Below, piece by piece: positions 49,027-59,501 of a DNA stretch of 64,000 bases. The notes below the pieces were generated by a model. It was given only the letters and a program-made list of their open reading frames with translations, was not told the origin of the DNA and ran no database searches. The number at the start of each line of letters is the position of its first letter. Positions within the stretch are counted from its first letter, which is position 1. The DNA is from a virus (lineage: Duplodnaviria; Heunggongvirae; Uroviricota; Caudoviricetes). Position numbers and translations under genes: made by a program. The DNA lies in the IMG/VR virus record IMGVR_UViG_3300046804_001058, positions 1-64,000 of that record. The stretch is one strand, 5' to 3'.

Positions 49027-52000
49027 ATGGCAAGTTGCCCAAATACAAGTCTTGATTCTTGGAAGAAATTAGTAGAAGATAAAGGAGAGGATGCAGCATA
49101 CTACCTTTGGGATAAGTATGATGGAAACATTCCTGTAGACGCTACTGAAGAGCAATTGGCTGTAAAAGACAAATTGTTTCAAACTAAGAATGAGGTTAAG
49201 AAGGTTACTCTTGATAGTAAGGAAACAGATCCATTGTTGTTAGACTCTGAAGAAGCTAATAATGGATATCAAGTTCAAGATGAAACTGGTAAATGGACAC
49301 CTGTTCTTAAGAGGGTTACTAACAGAGTAAAAGCTTGGTATAAAGAAAAGTTTGGTACAAAGGTATTCAGTCCTCAAGAGCAAGCTTTTAATAATCTAAA
49401 GAGAGACTATGGTATTGCTGGTCATAATGATTTCCAAGAAATCCATGAAAGATATTACTATCCAGATGGAACTAAGAGAGATGTGCCTTTAGCTAGACCT
49501 ACAGAAATCAACTTGCCTTCAATGGATATGTATGACAAGTTGGAGAAGTATTATGTTGATCTTATCAATTCATTCCCAGAAGGAACTAACATCTATTCTG
49601 AGGTGGTGATTTATGATAAGAAAAATAAAGAGGCTGGTACAATTGACTTCTTGGCTGTTGAGCCTTCTGGTAAGGCAAACATCCTAGACTGGAAGTTTAT
49701 GTACATCAACGGTAATGATGTTGCTTGGTTTAAGCAAGGAGCTTTTAATATTCAGATTGGTACATACAAAGAGATGTTACGTACTAACTATGGTATCAAA
49801 GAGTTTGGAATGTTACGTGCTATCCCTATTGCTATGGACTTCCAACTTAAGAACAAACAAGATCCTAAGTTAGGCTATGACCTAAAAGGTATTGCAATTG
49901 GTTCTGTAGATAAAAGCCAGATTGATCCTGTTACAGACTTAAAACTTATCCCTGTATCTGAAGAAACAGAGTCCACTGGATTTGCTGCTTTAGATAAGGT
50001 GTTAAATAATCTGAATGCGTTATACCGTCAGTATAGTAAAGAACAAGTTACTAATGAGGAAGAGCGTCAATTCAAGATAGAAAGACTTAATCAGTTGAAG
50101 AAAGCTGTACGTATTGTACAGGGAACCAACAACTTACAACCTTTAATTGATGTAATTGAGGTTATGAGAAAGGATGGTGATAGAATCATGAATGACTATG
50201 AAGCTATCTACAAAGATAGACCTGCGTCTTCTGATGATTCTACTGATGCTGACTTATCTGACTTTGCTGCAGATATGAACAACTACATCAGATTCTCTGA
50301 GGTGTTCTCTACAATTAGTGATGATATTGGTGACCTAATCTGGAATGCAGAGATGGAATCTGCTGCTACATCTGAAGCAGAGAAAGAGAACATCAAAGCT
50401 AGAAAGGAAATCTTATTTAACTTAGAGAATGAATCTAAGTTAATTAGAAAATCAATTAAGAGTATTACAGAAGCTTCTGAGAAGTTTGCTGATAAACATA
50501 TTGGTGAAAGAAATTTGGTTACAGGTTTGACTAAAGCAGAGGCAGTCGTTAAAGGGCTTGCCTCTAACTTTAGAGGTATTTCTGAATTACCGTTACGTGC
50601 CCTACAAGTGTTATACAAGCTAACTAGAAATGCACAAGGTAAAGCATCTCAAGAATCTCTATCTGAGGTGGAAGAACTTATGGCTATTAGAAAGAAGTTA
50701 GCTGATAGAGGTGGTGATTTAAGAAAGCTTGTGCAGAAGATTTACCAAAAGGATGACTCAGGTAAGTTAGTTAACAAGCTTGTAAAAAAATTCAACTCAG
50801 ACTTCTATGAGCAAGTTGATGAGAAAGCTGCAGCTGGTGGAGATAGAGCTTGGTTAAATGAAAACATTGATGTAGAAGCTTACAAGAAAGAAGCTGAAGC
50901 AATATTAGAAAGACAACTTAGAAACATTGAAAGAAACTCATACGCTGGTAGTGATGAAGAAGTTGAGGATCAAAAACGTAGATATTCTGAAGAAGCTAAA
51001 CGTCTATGGGATATTGATCATAAAGATTTCAATGGTTGGAATAACTACGTAATCAAAAGACATCCATTAGATAAATGGTATTCTAAAGAATATGAGGAGA
51101 TTCAAGCTGATCCAGAATTACTTGAGCTTTATAACTACATTGGTAAAGTGAATGAGAAGGCTAAAGACTTAGGATACATCAACAACATGGTATCTAAGAA
51201 CTTCTTACCATTCATTAGAAAGAGTATGGCTGAGCAGTTAGTTTGGGATAACAAGCTATCTGTAATGAGCAACTTCTACAATAGCTTACAGATTAGAACT
51301 GATGATGCAGGTTATGGTCAGATCAATGAAGTGACTGGTGAATTAGAGAATAGCATTCCTAAATACTACACTACAGACTTTACTAAACAAGAAGATGGTA
51401 CAAATGACTACTCTGATGTGAGTGAAGACTTATTTAAGAACATGATCTTATACGTTCAGCAAGTGAACAAGTATAAGTACATGTCTGAGATTGAAGAGCA
51501 ACTTAAGTTAGTTAAGACTATTGAATCATTTAAGAAACATCTTAACACTAACCGTGTAGGTAATGTTGTTAGAAAAGGTGGTAAGGTAGAAGAACTTCCT
51601 GGTAATGAGGAGAATACAAAGATGTATGATCAGTTCTTACGTGCATTATTATATGAACAAAAGTATGTAATCAACGACTCTGATGTACCTTTGAATATTG
51701 ATAAGGTGTTAAACTTTGTTAAGAAAGGAATTAATAGAGTTGCTGGTAAAGAAGTGTATAAAGAAACTGACTCTACTACTGCTACATCTTTAGTTAAAAC
51801 TATAGACGCTGCTAATAGAGCATTTCAACTAAAAGCTCTTGGATTTGAATTCATCTCTGGTGCTGCCAACATGTTTGGTGGTAATATTCAGATTGCTACA
51901 CAGGCTGGAAACTATTTCAAGGCTAGAGAGTTTTTGAAAAATGAAACAAAACTAATTGGACAGAAGTTTGAAAGCAATGAGGAAAAGGAAATGTTTGTAC

Positions 52001-53277
52001 AATTAGTTAATACATTCATGCCTTTGAAAGATGATCCTACTTATGAGGAGTATAAGAAAGCTGGTATGTCTGCTTTGACAAGACAAAGTTTAGGAGACAC
52101 ATTGATGGTGTTCATGAGAAAACCAGAACATCTTCTTGAGAAAGCAGTGTTTACTACTCTATTAGAAAACGTAATGGTGGAGAATGGTAAGATTGTAAGT
52201 ATCAGAGAATTTGTTAAAGATAAGTATAAGAATAGATATGACTCAGCTTCTGATTTCAAAGACGCTAAAAGCAAAATGGAATCTGAGATTGAAGAACTTA
52301 AGAAGACTAGAGCCATTGCTGTAACTAAAAAATTAGAAGATGGTAAGTTAGTTATTCCTGGTCTTGACTTAACTAATAGAGCTGAGCTTCAAAGACTTAC
52401 AAACTTAACTAGACGTATTTCTAGAAATGCTACTGGAGGTTTGTCTGATGGTGATATCAACAGAATGTCTATGTCTATTTGGACTAAGTCTATGATGTTG
52501 TTCAAGAACTGGATTCCAAAACTAACAGATACTCGTTTCTCTGAGTTTAGAAAGGTGAGTGATGACTTCTCTGTACGTATTAATGAAGATGGTGTAGCTG
52601 AGGGAGAGAAATATGATGTGGGTAGAATTCGTTTACTAGCTTCTGTAATGGCTTCATCATTCCAAGATAAAGCTAATAACTTAATGAACATCATGAAAAT
52701 GAATGATGCTGGTATTGAGAAGTTAAATAAGATGTATGAAGAATACAGAGAGCAATATGAAAATGAGACAGGAGAAGTATTGAATATGACTAGAGAAGAT
52801 TTCATTGACATGATTAGAACTAACCTTCACAATCAGATCAAAGAACTTGCAATGTTAGGAGCTCTTATAGCATCTATGTTTGCTCTAGGATATATGGCTC
52901 CTGATGATGATGAAGATAAAGCTGCAAAGAACTTCCACCGTTTTACATTGAAGACAATGGACAAGTTTGTAAGTGAACTTTCATTCTTCTACAATCCTGT
53001 AAACTACGAGCAATTGTTAAGTGGATCTATGTTCCCAGCTTTAGGTATTGTAGGTGACTATTCTAGATTTATGTCTCACACATTTAGAGAAGTTACAGGG
53101 TTTGACTTTGATCCAAATACATCTGCTGAAGACGTAAGAAAGAAGGCTTATCCATTAAAATATGGTATGAAAGCGTTCCCTGTTTCAAAGTCTATTGTTA
53201 CTTATGCATCTATTCTTAATGCAGAATTTGCTAAAGATAATGATGTAACAATTCAAGCCCAAAGTAACATAAGATAA
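49027..53277 (+). CDS. very large virion protein (1416 aa); weak PD-(D/E)xK-like motif near aa 195-232
   Basis: ORF coupled (TAATATGG) to the giant ORF. 'GTIDFLAVEPSGKANILDWKF' resembles a D...(D/E)xK nuclease core. Confidence 0.4.
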   Translation: MASCPNTSLDSWKKLVEDKGEDAAYYLWDKYDGNIPVDATEEQLAVKDKLFQTKNEVKKVTLDSKETDPLLLDSEEANNGYQVQDETGKWTPVLKRVTNRVKAWYKEKFGTKVFSPQEQAFNNLKRDYGIAGHNDFQEIHERYYYPDGTKRDVPLARPTEINLPSMDMYDKLEKYYVDLINSFPEGTNIYSEVVIYDKKNKEAGTIDFLAVEPSGKANILDWKFMYINGNDVAWFKQGAFNIQIGTYKEMLRTNYGIKEFGMLRAIPIAMDFQLKNKQDPKLGYDLKGIAIGSVDKSQIDPVTDLKLIPVSEETESTGFAALDKVLNNLNALYRQYSKEQVTNEEERQFKIERLNQLKKAVRIVQGTNNLQPLIDVIEVMRKDGDRIMNDYEAIYKDRPASSDDSTDADLSDFAADMNNYIRFSEVFSTISDDIGDLIWNAEMESAATSEAEKENIKARKEILFNLENESKLIRKSIKSITEASEKFADKHIGERNLVTGLTKAEAVVKGLASNFRGISELPLRALQVLYKLTRNAQGKASQESLSEVEELMAIRKKLADRGGDLRKLVQKIYQKDDSGKLVNKLVKKFNSDFYEQVDEKAAAGGDRAWLNENIDVEAYKKEAEAILERQLRNIERNSYAGSDEEVEDQKRRYSEEAKRLWDIDHKDFNGWNNYVIKRHPLDKWYSKEYEEIQADPELLELYNYIGKVNEKAKDLGYINNMVSKNFLPFIRKSMAEQLVWDNKLSVMSNFYNSLQIRTDDAGYGQINEVTGELENSIPKYYTTDFTKQEDGTNDYSDVSEDLFKNMILYVQQVNKYKYMSEIEEQLKLVKTIESFKKHLNTNRVGNVVRKGGKVEELPGNEENTKMYDQFLRALLYEQKYVINDSDVPLNIDKVLNFVKKGINRVAGKEVYKETDSTTATSLVKTIDAANRAFQLKALGFEFISGAANMFGGNIQIATQAGNYFKAREFLKNETKLIGQKFESNEEKEMFVQLVNTFMPLKDDPTYEEYKKAGMSALTRQSLGDTLMVFMRKPEHLLEKAVFTTLLENVMVENGKIVSIREFVKDKYKNRYDSASDFKDAKSKMESEIEELKKTRAIAVTKKLEDGKLVIPGLDLTNRAELQRLTNLTRRISRNATGGLSDGDINRMSMSIWTKSMMLFKNWIPKLTDTRFSEFRKVSDDFSVRINEDGVAEGEKYDVGRIRLLASVMASSFQDKANNLMNIMKMNDAGIEKLNKMYEEYREQYENETGEVLNMTREDFIDMIRTNLHNQIKELAMLGALIASMFALGYMAPDDDEDKAAKNFHRFTLKTMDKFVSELSFFYNPVNYEQLLSGSMFPALGIVGDYSRFMSHTFREVTGFDFDPNTSAEDVRKKAYPLKYGMKAFPVSKSIVTYASILNAEFAKDNDVTIQAQSNIR

Positions 53278-53347
53278 ATGCTATATTATGTAGCATACTT
53301 TTATACAACTCATTGGAATTAAATAATTTTAACTATTTTTGTAACTA

Positions 53348-53379
53348 TAGGCACAAGCTATTTCAAAGCTATGTGCCTA
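53348..53379 (+). promoter_or_regulatory. perfect 8-bp inverted repeat TAGGCACA(N16)TGTGCCTA with an inner AGCT...AGCT palindrome, in the 140-nt gap upstream of the fibre operon
   Basis: Seen directly; followed by TTTGTATAT. A TAnnTTTG-like Bacteroidetes -7 box (TATTTTTG) lies at 53334-53341. Confidence 0.4.
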
Positions 53380-53417
53380 TTTGTATATCAATAGATTACA
53401 CATAATACAATTTTATC

Positions 53418-55562
53418 ATGAACGTTACTTGTTCTGCAACACCTTCTTGCCCTGTCATACTAGATAGCACCTGCGTATTTTACGAAGGTGCCAATCTTAT
53501 TTATACTGGTATTAACACTAATGACTCTCTACAAACAGCTTTACAAAAAATTGATGAAGCTATTGGTAGTGGAGGCGGCGGTGGTACTGGTGGCACGTCT
53601 GGTACTTCTGGTACTAGTGGTGTAGACGGTTCTTCTGGTATTGCAGGAACGTCAGGAACTAGCGGTGTATCTGGAACTTCAGGTACACGTGGAACGTCTG
53701 GAACAAGTGGTCTGACTGGTACTTCTGGAACTTCTGGAGTTAGTGGAACGTCTGGTACACGTGGTACATCAGGGACTAGTGGAACTTCAGGCACACGTGG
53801 AACATCTGGAACATCAGGTTCTAGTGGATCTTCAGGTTTAAATGGAAGTTCTGGCACTAGTGGTAATTCTGGTACTTCAGGAACAGCAGGTACAAGTGGT
53901 TCAAGTGGTTCTAACGGTTCTAATGGTTCTTCAGGAACAAGTGGATCTTCTGCAACTTCAGGTAGTTCTGGAACTTCAGGTTCAACTGGTACCTCTGGTA
54001 CATCAGGAGTAAATGGTACTAATGGTACAAGTGGCACTTCTGGAATTGATGGAAGTAGTGGTACATCAGGAACTTCTGGTTCAAGTGGAGTGAGTGGTTC
54101 AAGTGGTACGTCAGGAAGCTCAGGAAGCTCAGGAACTAGTGGTATAGATGGAACTTCAGGCTCAAGCGGAACAACAGGAACATCAGGATCGTCTGGTACA
54201 GGTGGTACATCTGGAACTTCAGGAACATCAGGCTTAGATGGCACAAGTGGTACGTCTGGCACTACAGGAACTAGTGGATCTAGTGGAACATCTGGTAGTA
54301 GTGGAACTAGCGGTACTACAGGAACCTCTGGTACTTCTGCAACAAGTGGAACATCAGGCACCACTGGTACATCTGGTTCTTCAGGCACTAGTGGTACATC
54401 AGGAATATCTGGTACATCTGGTACATCTGGTGTAAACGGTGTATCAAATAACTTATTTTTATACCAAGCAGAAACATCTATTCAATCAGGTTATCCTGGT
54501 AATGGTCATGTTCTTTGGAATAATACCACACAAATAAATGCAACACAAATTAATATTAGTCACATTACTAATGGTGGTGTTGACATTGATATATTTTTAG
54601 CATTATTGCAAGAGACTCAACAGATTACTATTCAGGATCAAAGCAATTCAGCCAACTATCAAATTTGGGATATTTCAGGAACTCCAACACAAATTACTAC
54701 TCCTAGTAATTATTGGACAGTTCCAGTTACATTGATATCATCATCTGGTACAGGGTCAACAAACTTCCCTAATAATCAAGATATATTCTTAGCTGTTGTA
54801 TCTCAATCAGGTACATCAGGTACGTCTGGTAATAGTGGTTCTTCTGGTACATCTGGTACTAGTGGCACATCAGGCACATCTGGTACTACAGGAACTAGTG
54901 GTACTTCAGGTTCTAGTGGAACATCTGGTACAACTGGGACATCTGGTTCTAGTGGAACAAGTGGTTCTAGTGGAACAAGTGGAACAACAGGTACAAGTGG
55001 TACATCTGGAATTGATGGCACATCAGGTACTAGTGGAACATCAGGAACTTCAGCTACATCAGGTACTAGTGGAATAGACGGTACGAGTGGAACTTCAGGA
55101 ACAAGTGGTACAACTGGAACTAGTGGTACATCTGGCATTGATGGTACAAGTGGATCATCAGGTACTAGTGGAACGACAGGTACATCTGGTAGTTCAGGTT
55201 CTGATGGTTCTTCAGGTACTTCAGGAAGCTCAGGAACATCAGGCACAAGTGGTAGCTCTACATTATTATATGGTACAAGTGGATCTAGCATACCTATGCC
55301 TACAAGTACTACAACTACCACTACAACAATTGCTTATGATATATATGAAGCTGATGAGTATGATTGTAGCTTATGTACAGTGAGTGCATCTAATGTGCTA
55401 GTAGCATTACCAGCAGGAACAACTCCTAACTATGGTAAGTTCTATGTACCGTCTGCAATTACAGGATTTACATATTTATTACTTGGACCTTCAGCTCCTG
55501 GTGGACCTACAGTAATCTTGACGACAACAAATTATACAACTTGTGGAGCTGCTTGTATATAA
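53418..55562 (+). CDS. collagen-like (Gly-X-Y) tail fibre, second paralogue
   Basis: N-terminal domain similar to ORF 15368 (...[17 protein letters not shown]). Two long GTS/GSS triplet tracts around a globular insert. Poly-Thr linker and a Cys-containing C-terminal domain; no S74 chaperone. Confidence 0.65.
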   Translation: MNVTCSATPSCPVILDSTCVFYEGANLIYTGINTNDSLQTALQKIDEAIGSGGGGGTGGTSGTSGTSGVDGSSGIAGTSGTSGVSGTSGTRGTSGTSGLTGTSGTSGVSGTSGTRGTSGTSGTSGTRGTSGTSGSSGSSGLNGSSGTSGNSGTSGTAGTSGSSGSNGSNGSSGTSGSSATSGSSGTSGSTGTSGTSGVNGTNGTSGTSGIDGSSGTSGTSGSSGVSGSSGTSGSSGSSGTSGIDGTSGSSGTTGTSGSSGTGGTSGTSGTSGLDGTSGTSGTTGTSGSSGTSGSSGTSGTTGTSGTSATSGTSGTTGTSGSSGTSGTSGISGTSGTSGVNGVSNNLFLYQAETSIQSGYPGNGHVLWNNTTQINATQINISHITNGGVDIDIFLALLQETQQITIQDQSNSANYQIWDISGTPTQITTPSNYWTVPVTLISSSGTGSTNFPNNQDIFLAVVSQSGTSGTSGNSGSSGTSGTSGTSGTSGTTGTSGTSGSSGTSGTTGTSGSSGTSGSSGTSGTTGTSGTSGIDGTSGTSGTSGTSATSGTSGIDGTSGTSGTSGTTGTSGTSGIDGTSGSSGTSGTTGTSGSSGSDGSSGTSGSSGTSGTSGSSTLLYGTSGSSIPMPTSTTTTTTTIAYDIYEADEYDCSLCTVSASNVLVALPAGTTPNYGKFYVPSAITGFTYLLLGPSAPGGPTVILTTTNYTTCGAACI

Positions 55563-55587
55563 GTTTAAAATATAAAATATAATATAA

Positions 55588-58254
55588 ATGCCTTATTCTA
55601 ATATCACCTTAACAACACAAACTGGGTTATCATTTGTAACTGGAGAATTTATCCAGCTTATACATGATAGTAATAACTACATGTTTGGTCAATTGGTTTC
55701 TTATAATTCTGGTACAGGAAGTTTAACTTTCACTCCAACAAAAGTTGTTGGTAGTGGTACTTATGATACATGGGAAGTAATTGCCTCTGGTTCTGCTGGT
55801 GAAGATGGAACATCTGGTACAAGCGGAACTTCAGGAACTAGTGGTACCTCAGGAACAACTGGTACCTCAGGTACTAGTGCAACTTCTGGTACATCTGGTA
55901 GTACTGGAACTTCTGGAACTTCAGGCACTACTGGTACAAGTGGATCAAGTGGAACTTCTGGTACTACAGGAACTTCTGGTTCTTCTGGTACATCTGCTAC
56001 TTCAGGTACAAATGGTACTGGAGGTACGAGCGGAACTTCAGGTACTTCTGCAACTAGTGGTACAGCTGGTACTTCAGGTACAAGTGCTACAAGTGGAACT
56101 TCAGGTACCAGTGGTACAACTGGCACATCAGGTTCTTCTGGTACTTCTGGAACAAGAGGAACATCTGGTACTTCTGGAACAACAGGAGCAAATGGTACAT
56201 CAGGAACTTCAGGTACGTCTGGTATGACAGTAGGTAGTCCTGCTGTTATTATTGATGGCACAGGTACATGTTCTTCTGTTAGATGTGGTGTAAGTAATAC
56301 AGCATCAGGGTCATTTGCTGCTGCTTTAGGTGGGCAATCAAATCAAGCTCAAGGACTTAACTCATTTACTGGTGGAGGTAACTGCAACAATGTTTGCAAC
56401 TCTACTTCAGGATGTTTAGCATATGGTGCAGTTGTTGTAGGTGGTGTTGGTAACAACACTACTGGTGGTACGTGGTCACTTGCTTCTTGTGCTTTCACTG
56501 TAGCACCAACAGTATGTAATGCTGGCTCAATGTCATTTGTAGGAAGCGGTTTTCAAAATAGAGTATCTGGAGCTTGTTCATCTGTAGTAGGTGGTGCATG
56601 TAATACTGTATCAGGTATTTATTCATTTATAGGTGGGGGGCAATATAATTTAGCTAGTTGTAATTATTCTCTTATTTTAGGAGGTAATTCCAATACAGCA
56701 AGTGGTTTAGTTTCTTCTGTTATAGGAGGAGCTAATAATACTGCAAGTGGACGTCAATCTATTATTGGTGGAGGATACAATAATACTGCTAGTGCATATA
56801 ACTCATTTGTAGGAGGAGGTTATTTAAATTGTGCTACTTCATCCTATTCATTTGTAGGAGGAGGGAGTATTAATTCTAGCAGTGGTATGTATTCCTCTGT
56901 TGTAGGTGGATATAACAATAAAACTACAGGCAGTTATAATATTGTTGGAGGAGGAGTATTCAATAATATTTGTTCTACCTCCGGTTCATTTATTGGAGCA
57001 GGTGCTTGTAATGTTATTTGGCAACCTTATTCATCTATTGGAGGTGGATGTTGTAATTATGTGTCAGGTACAGTTTCATCTATTGGAGGTGGCTTTCTAA
57101 ATAAAATATGTGAGACAACTATATATAATTTTAATATTCCTTGTGGAGCCACAATTAGCGGAGGACAGGAAAGTACAGTTTTGTCATGCTATGGTACAAT
57201 TGGTGGAGGTTATTTTAATTGTGTTGGTTGCACTATATCTGCTAGTTATGCAGGATTAAATTGTCAATATACAGGAGGAAACAATGCTACTATTGGTGGA
57301 GGACAAAGTAACTTAGCTATTACTAATTATTCAGGGATTGGCAGTGGACAAGGTAATAGAATAGGCTGTTTATCTTATAGTGCCTATAGTGGTTGGTACG
57401 GACCTACAATACTTTTTAATTCATTTGGAGATTGTGCATTTATAGGTGGTGGATATAATAATATAATTTGTAGTAACGGCTCATTTATAGGTGGTGGATA
57501 TAATAATATTGCTGCTTTTGGGGGTCATGCTACTATAGGTGGTGGTCAATTTAACATAGCTTGTGGTATTAACTCTTTTGTTGGAGGAGGATTTACTAAC
57601 AAAGCTAGTGGGATTAAATCTAGTGTAGTTGGTGGTGCTTGTAATACTGCTAGTGCATATTATGCTTCTATTGTAGGTGGGTTTTTAAATGTTGCTTCTA
57701 CTAATTATACATTTATTGGAGGTGGTCGTAACAATACAGCTAGTGCTGCTGCTTCAGCAATACTTGGGGGCAACTTTAATACTGTATCAGGACAATATTC
57801 AGGTGCATTTGGATTTGGTGTTGTTAACAGTATTGCTTGTTCTTTTGCATCAAATCAATTATGGGCTTGCAATTTAGTTGGAACAAGTGTTGCGGTTTGC
57901 GTTGGTACAAATGGATTACTTGTTCGTGGAGCATCAGATTGTAGATTAAAGACAAATATATGTGACATTTCTTATGGGTTATGTGATGTCAATAAACTTA
58001 GACCTGTATCTTTTGATTGGAATGAACAAGAAAGAGATAGAAGAGGATGTAATAGACAAGTTGGATTTATTGCTCAGGAAGTTGAACCAATTATACCTGA
58101 AGCTGTAGGACAACAAGCTGATAACGGAGAATATTCATTAAGTCCTGATAAACTTATTCCAATATTAACAAAAGGGTTGCAAGAATTAAGTCAAGAAAAC
58201 GTATCACTTAAAGCAAGGTTGGAAGCCATTGAACAACATCTAAATTTAAAATAA
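55588..58254 (+). CDS. tail fibre: collagen-like tract plus about 14-residue beta-roll (YadA-head-like) repeats plus C-terminal S74 chaperone
   Basis: GTSGTSG tract (about aa 70-212). Then at least 25 degenerate repeats of form S-x-[IV]-[GV]-G-G-x-x-N-x-A-S-G-x (for example SFIGGGQYNLASCN, SVIGGANNTASGRQ). C-terminus '...GASDCRLKTNICD...LQELSQENVSLKARLEAIEQHLNLK' is the chaperone domain. Confidence 0.7.
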   Translation: MPYSNITLTTQTGLSFVTGEFIQLIHDSNNYMFGQLVSYNSGTGSLTFTPTKVVGSGTYDTWEVIASGSAGEDGTSGTSGTSGTSGTSGTTGTSGTSATSGTSGSTGTSGTSGTTGTSGSSGTSGTTGTSGSSGTSATSGTNGTGGTSGTSGTSATSGTAGTSGTSATSGTSGTSGTTGTSGSSGTSGTRGTSGTSGTTGANGTSGTSGTSGMTVGSPAVIIDGTGTCSSVRCGVSNTASGSFAAALGGQSNQAQGLNSFTGGGNCNNVCNSTSGCLAYGAVVVGGVGNNTTGGTWSLASCAFTVAPTVCNAGSMSFVGSGFQNRVSGACSSVVGGACNTVSGIYSFIGGGQYNLASCNYSLILGGNSNTASGLVSSVIGGANNTASGRQSIIGGGYNNTASAYNSFVGGGYLNCATSSYSFVGGGSINSSSGMYSSVVGGYNNKTTGSYNIVGGGVFNNICSTSGSFIGAGACNVIWQPYSSIGGGCCNYVSGTVSSIGGGFLNKICETTIYNFNIPCGATISGGQESTVLSCYGTIGGGYFNCVGCTISASYAGLNCQYTGGNNATIGGGQSNLAITNYSGIGSGQGNRIGCLSYSAYSGWYGPTILFNSFGDCAFIGGGYNNIICSNGSFIGGGYNNIAAFGGHATIGGGQFNIACGINSFVGGGFTNKASGIKSSVVGGACNTASAYYASIVGGFLNVASTNYTFIGGGRNNTASAAASAILGGNFNTVSGQYSGAFGFGVVNSIACSFASNQLWACNLVGTSVAVCVGTNGLLVRGASDCRLKTNICDISYGLCDVNKLRPVSFDWNEQERDRRGCNRQVGFIAQEVEPIIPEAVGQQADNGEYSLSPDKLIPILTKGLQELSQENVSLKARLEAIEQHLNLK

Positions 58255-58258
58255 CATT

Positions 58259-59494
58259 ATGAAAAATATAACAATTGTTGGTGGAGGATTGTCAGGATGG
58301 TTGACAGCATTATATGTAAAAAAGATTCAATTTTCACAAGAAGTTGTAGTTATTGAAAGTTCTGAAATAGGTATATTAGGAGCAGGAGAAGGTTCTGTTC
58401 CTTACTTAAGAAGTATGTTAATTGATTTGTTGGAAATTGACGAATCTATTTTTATTGAAAAAACAAAAAGTACCAAGAAGGCAGCTATAAACTTTGAAAA
58501 TTGGTCAGGTAATGGTACGAAATTTGACCATGATTTTATTGGTAAGAATCGTAAATACAATTCTGATGGCACTCCTGATTATAGTAAATCATATGCCTAT
58601 CATTTTGACGCAAGATTAATTGCTGATTTCTTAAAGAGCATTGCTATTGAGAGAGGTGTTAAAGTTATTGAAGGAGAGGTTGTTGATTTCAATTTAGACA
58701 TAGATAAAAACATTACAAGTATAGTTTTAAAGGACAATGCTGTTGTAGATACAAACTTTGTTTTTGATTGTAGTGGATTTAAGAGATTAATAATAGGAGG
58801 ATTATATAACTCATCTTGGACATCTTATGAAGATCAATTAAAAGTAAATACTGCTGTTCCATTTTTCCTTCCAAGAACTGACAATGAAGAATTTGTAAAG
58901 ACAGATGCAATTGCAATGGGATATGGTTGGATGTGGAAGATTCCTTTACAAGATAGATGGGGTTGTGGATATGTATTTGATAATAATTATATTACAGAAG
59001 CTGAAGCTAAAGATGAAGTCAAGTCTTACTTAGGAATTGATGTATCATTTAATAACACTTTAAGATTTAACTCAGGATGTTTCCAAGAAACTTGGGTAAA
59101 TAATTGTGTTGCAATAGGTTTGAGTTCAGGATTTATGGAGCCATTAGAGGCAACATCTATAATGATTTCAATTTTGCAATTATTTGCATTTCATGAAGAA
59201 GTTTTAAAGGTAGGAATTGATAGATACTCAGAGGTTAGAGATACTTATAATGAATTTATTAGAAGCCTTAATCAAGAATGTATGTTATTTGTTAGGCATC
59301 ATTATGTTTGCGATAAGGAAGATACTGACTTTTGGATTGATTATAAGAATCTACCATTGCCTGAAAAACTTGAAAAATATAAAAGAAACAACTTTGATGA
59401 TATAACTATGTTGCATTATTCAGACAAGAATATTAAACTATTTAATAATTGGAGTTACAAACTTGTAAATAATGGTAACTTTGATTTACAATAA
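58259..59494 (+). CDS. flavin-dependent halogenase (tryptophan halogenase family)
   Basis: N-terminal FAD fold 'ITIVGGGLSGWLTALYV' (compare RebH/PrnA 'IVGGGTAGW'). 'GAGEGSVPYL' matches GxGEATIP. 'KKAAINFENW' aligns with the catalytic-Lys region 'FKAAIKFVNW'. 'GWMWKIPL' is the WxWxIP signature. Starts 4 nt after the fibre stop. Confidence 0.7.
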   Translation: MKNITIVGGGLSGWLTALYVKKIQFSQEVVVIESSEIGILGAGEGSVPYLRSMLIDLLEIDESIFIEKTKSTKKAAINFENWSGNGTKFDHDFIGKNRKYNSDGTPDYSKSYAYHFDARLIADFLKSIAIERGVKVIEGEVVDFNLDIDKNITSIVLKDNAVVDTNFVFDCSGFKRLIIGGLYNSSWTSYEDQLKVNTAVPFFLPRTDNEEFVKTDAIAMGYGWMWKIPLQDRWGCGYVFDNNYITEAEAKDEVKSYLGIDVSFNNTLRFNSGCFQETWVNNCVAIGLSSGFMEPLEATSIMISILQLFAFHEEVLKVGIDRYSEVRDTYNEFIRSLNQECMLFVRHHYVCDKEDTDFWIDYKNLPLPEKLEKYKRNNFDDITMLHYSDKNIKLFNNWSYKLVNNGNFDLQ

Positions 59495-59501
59495 AAATAA
59501 A

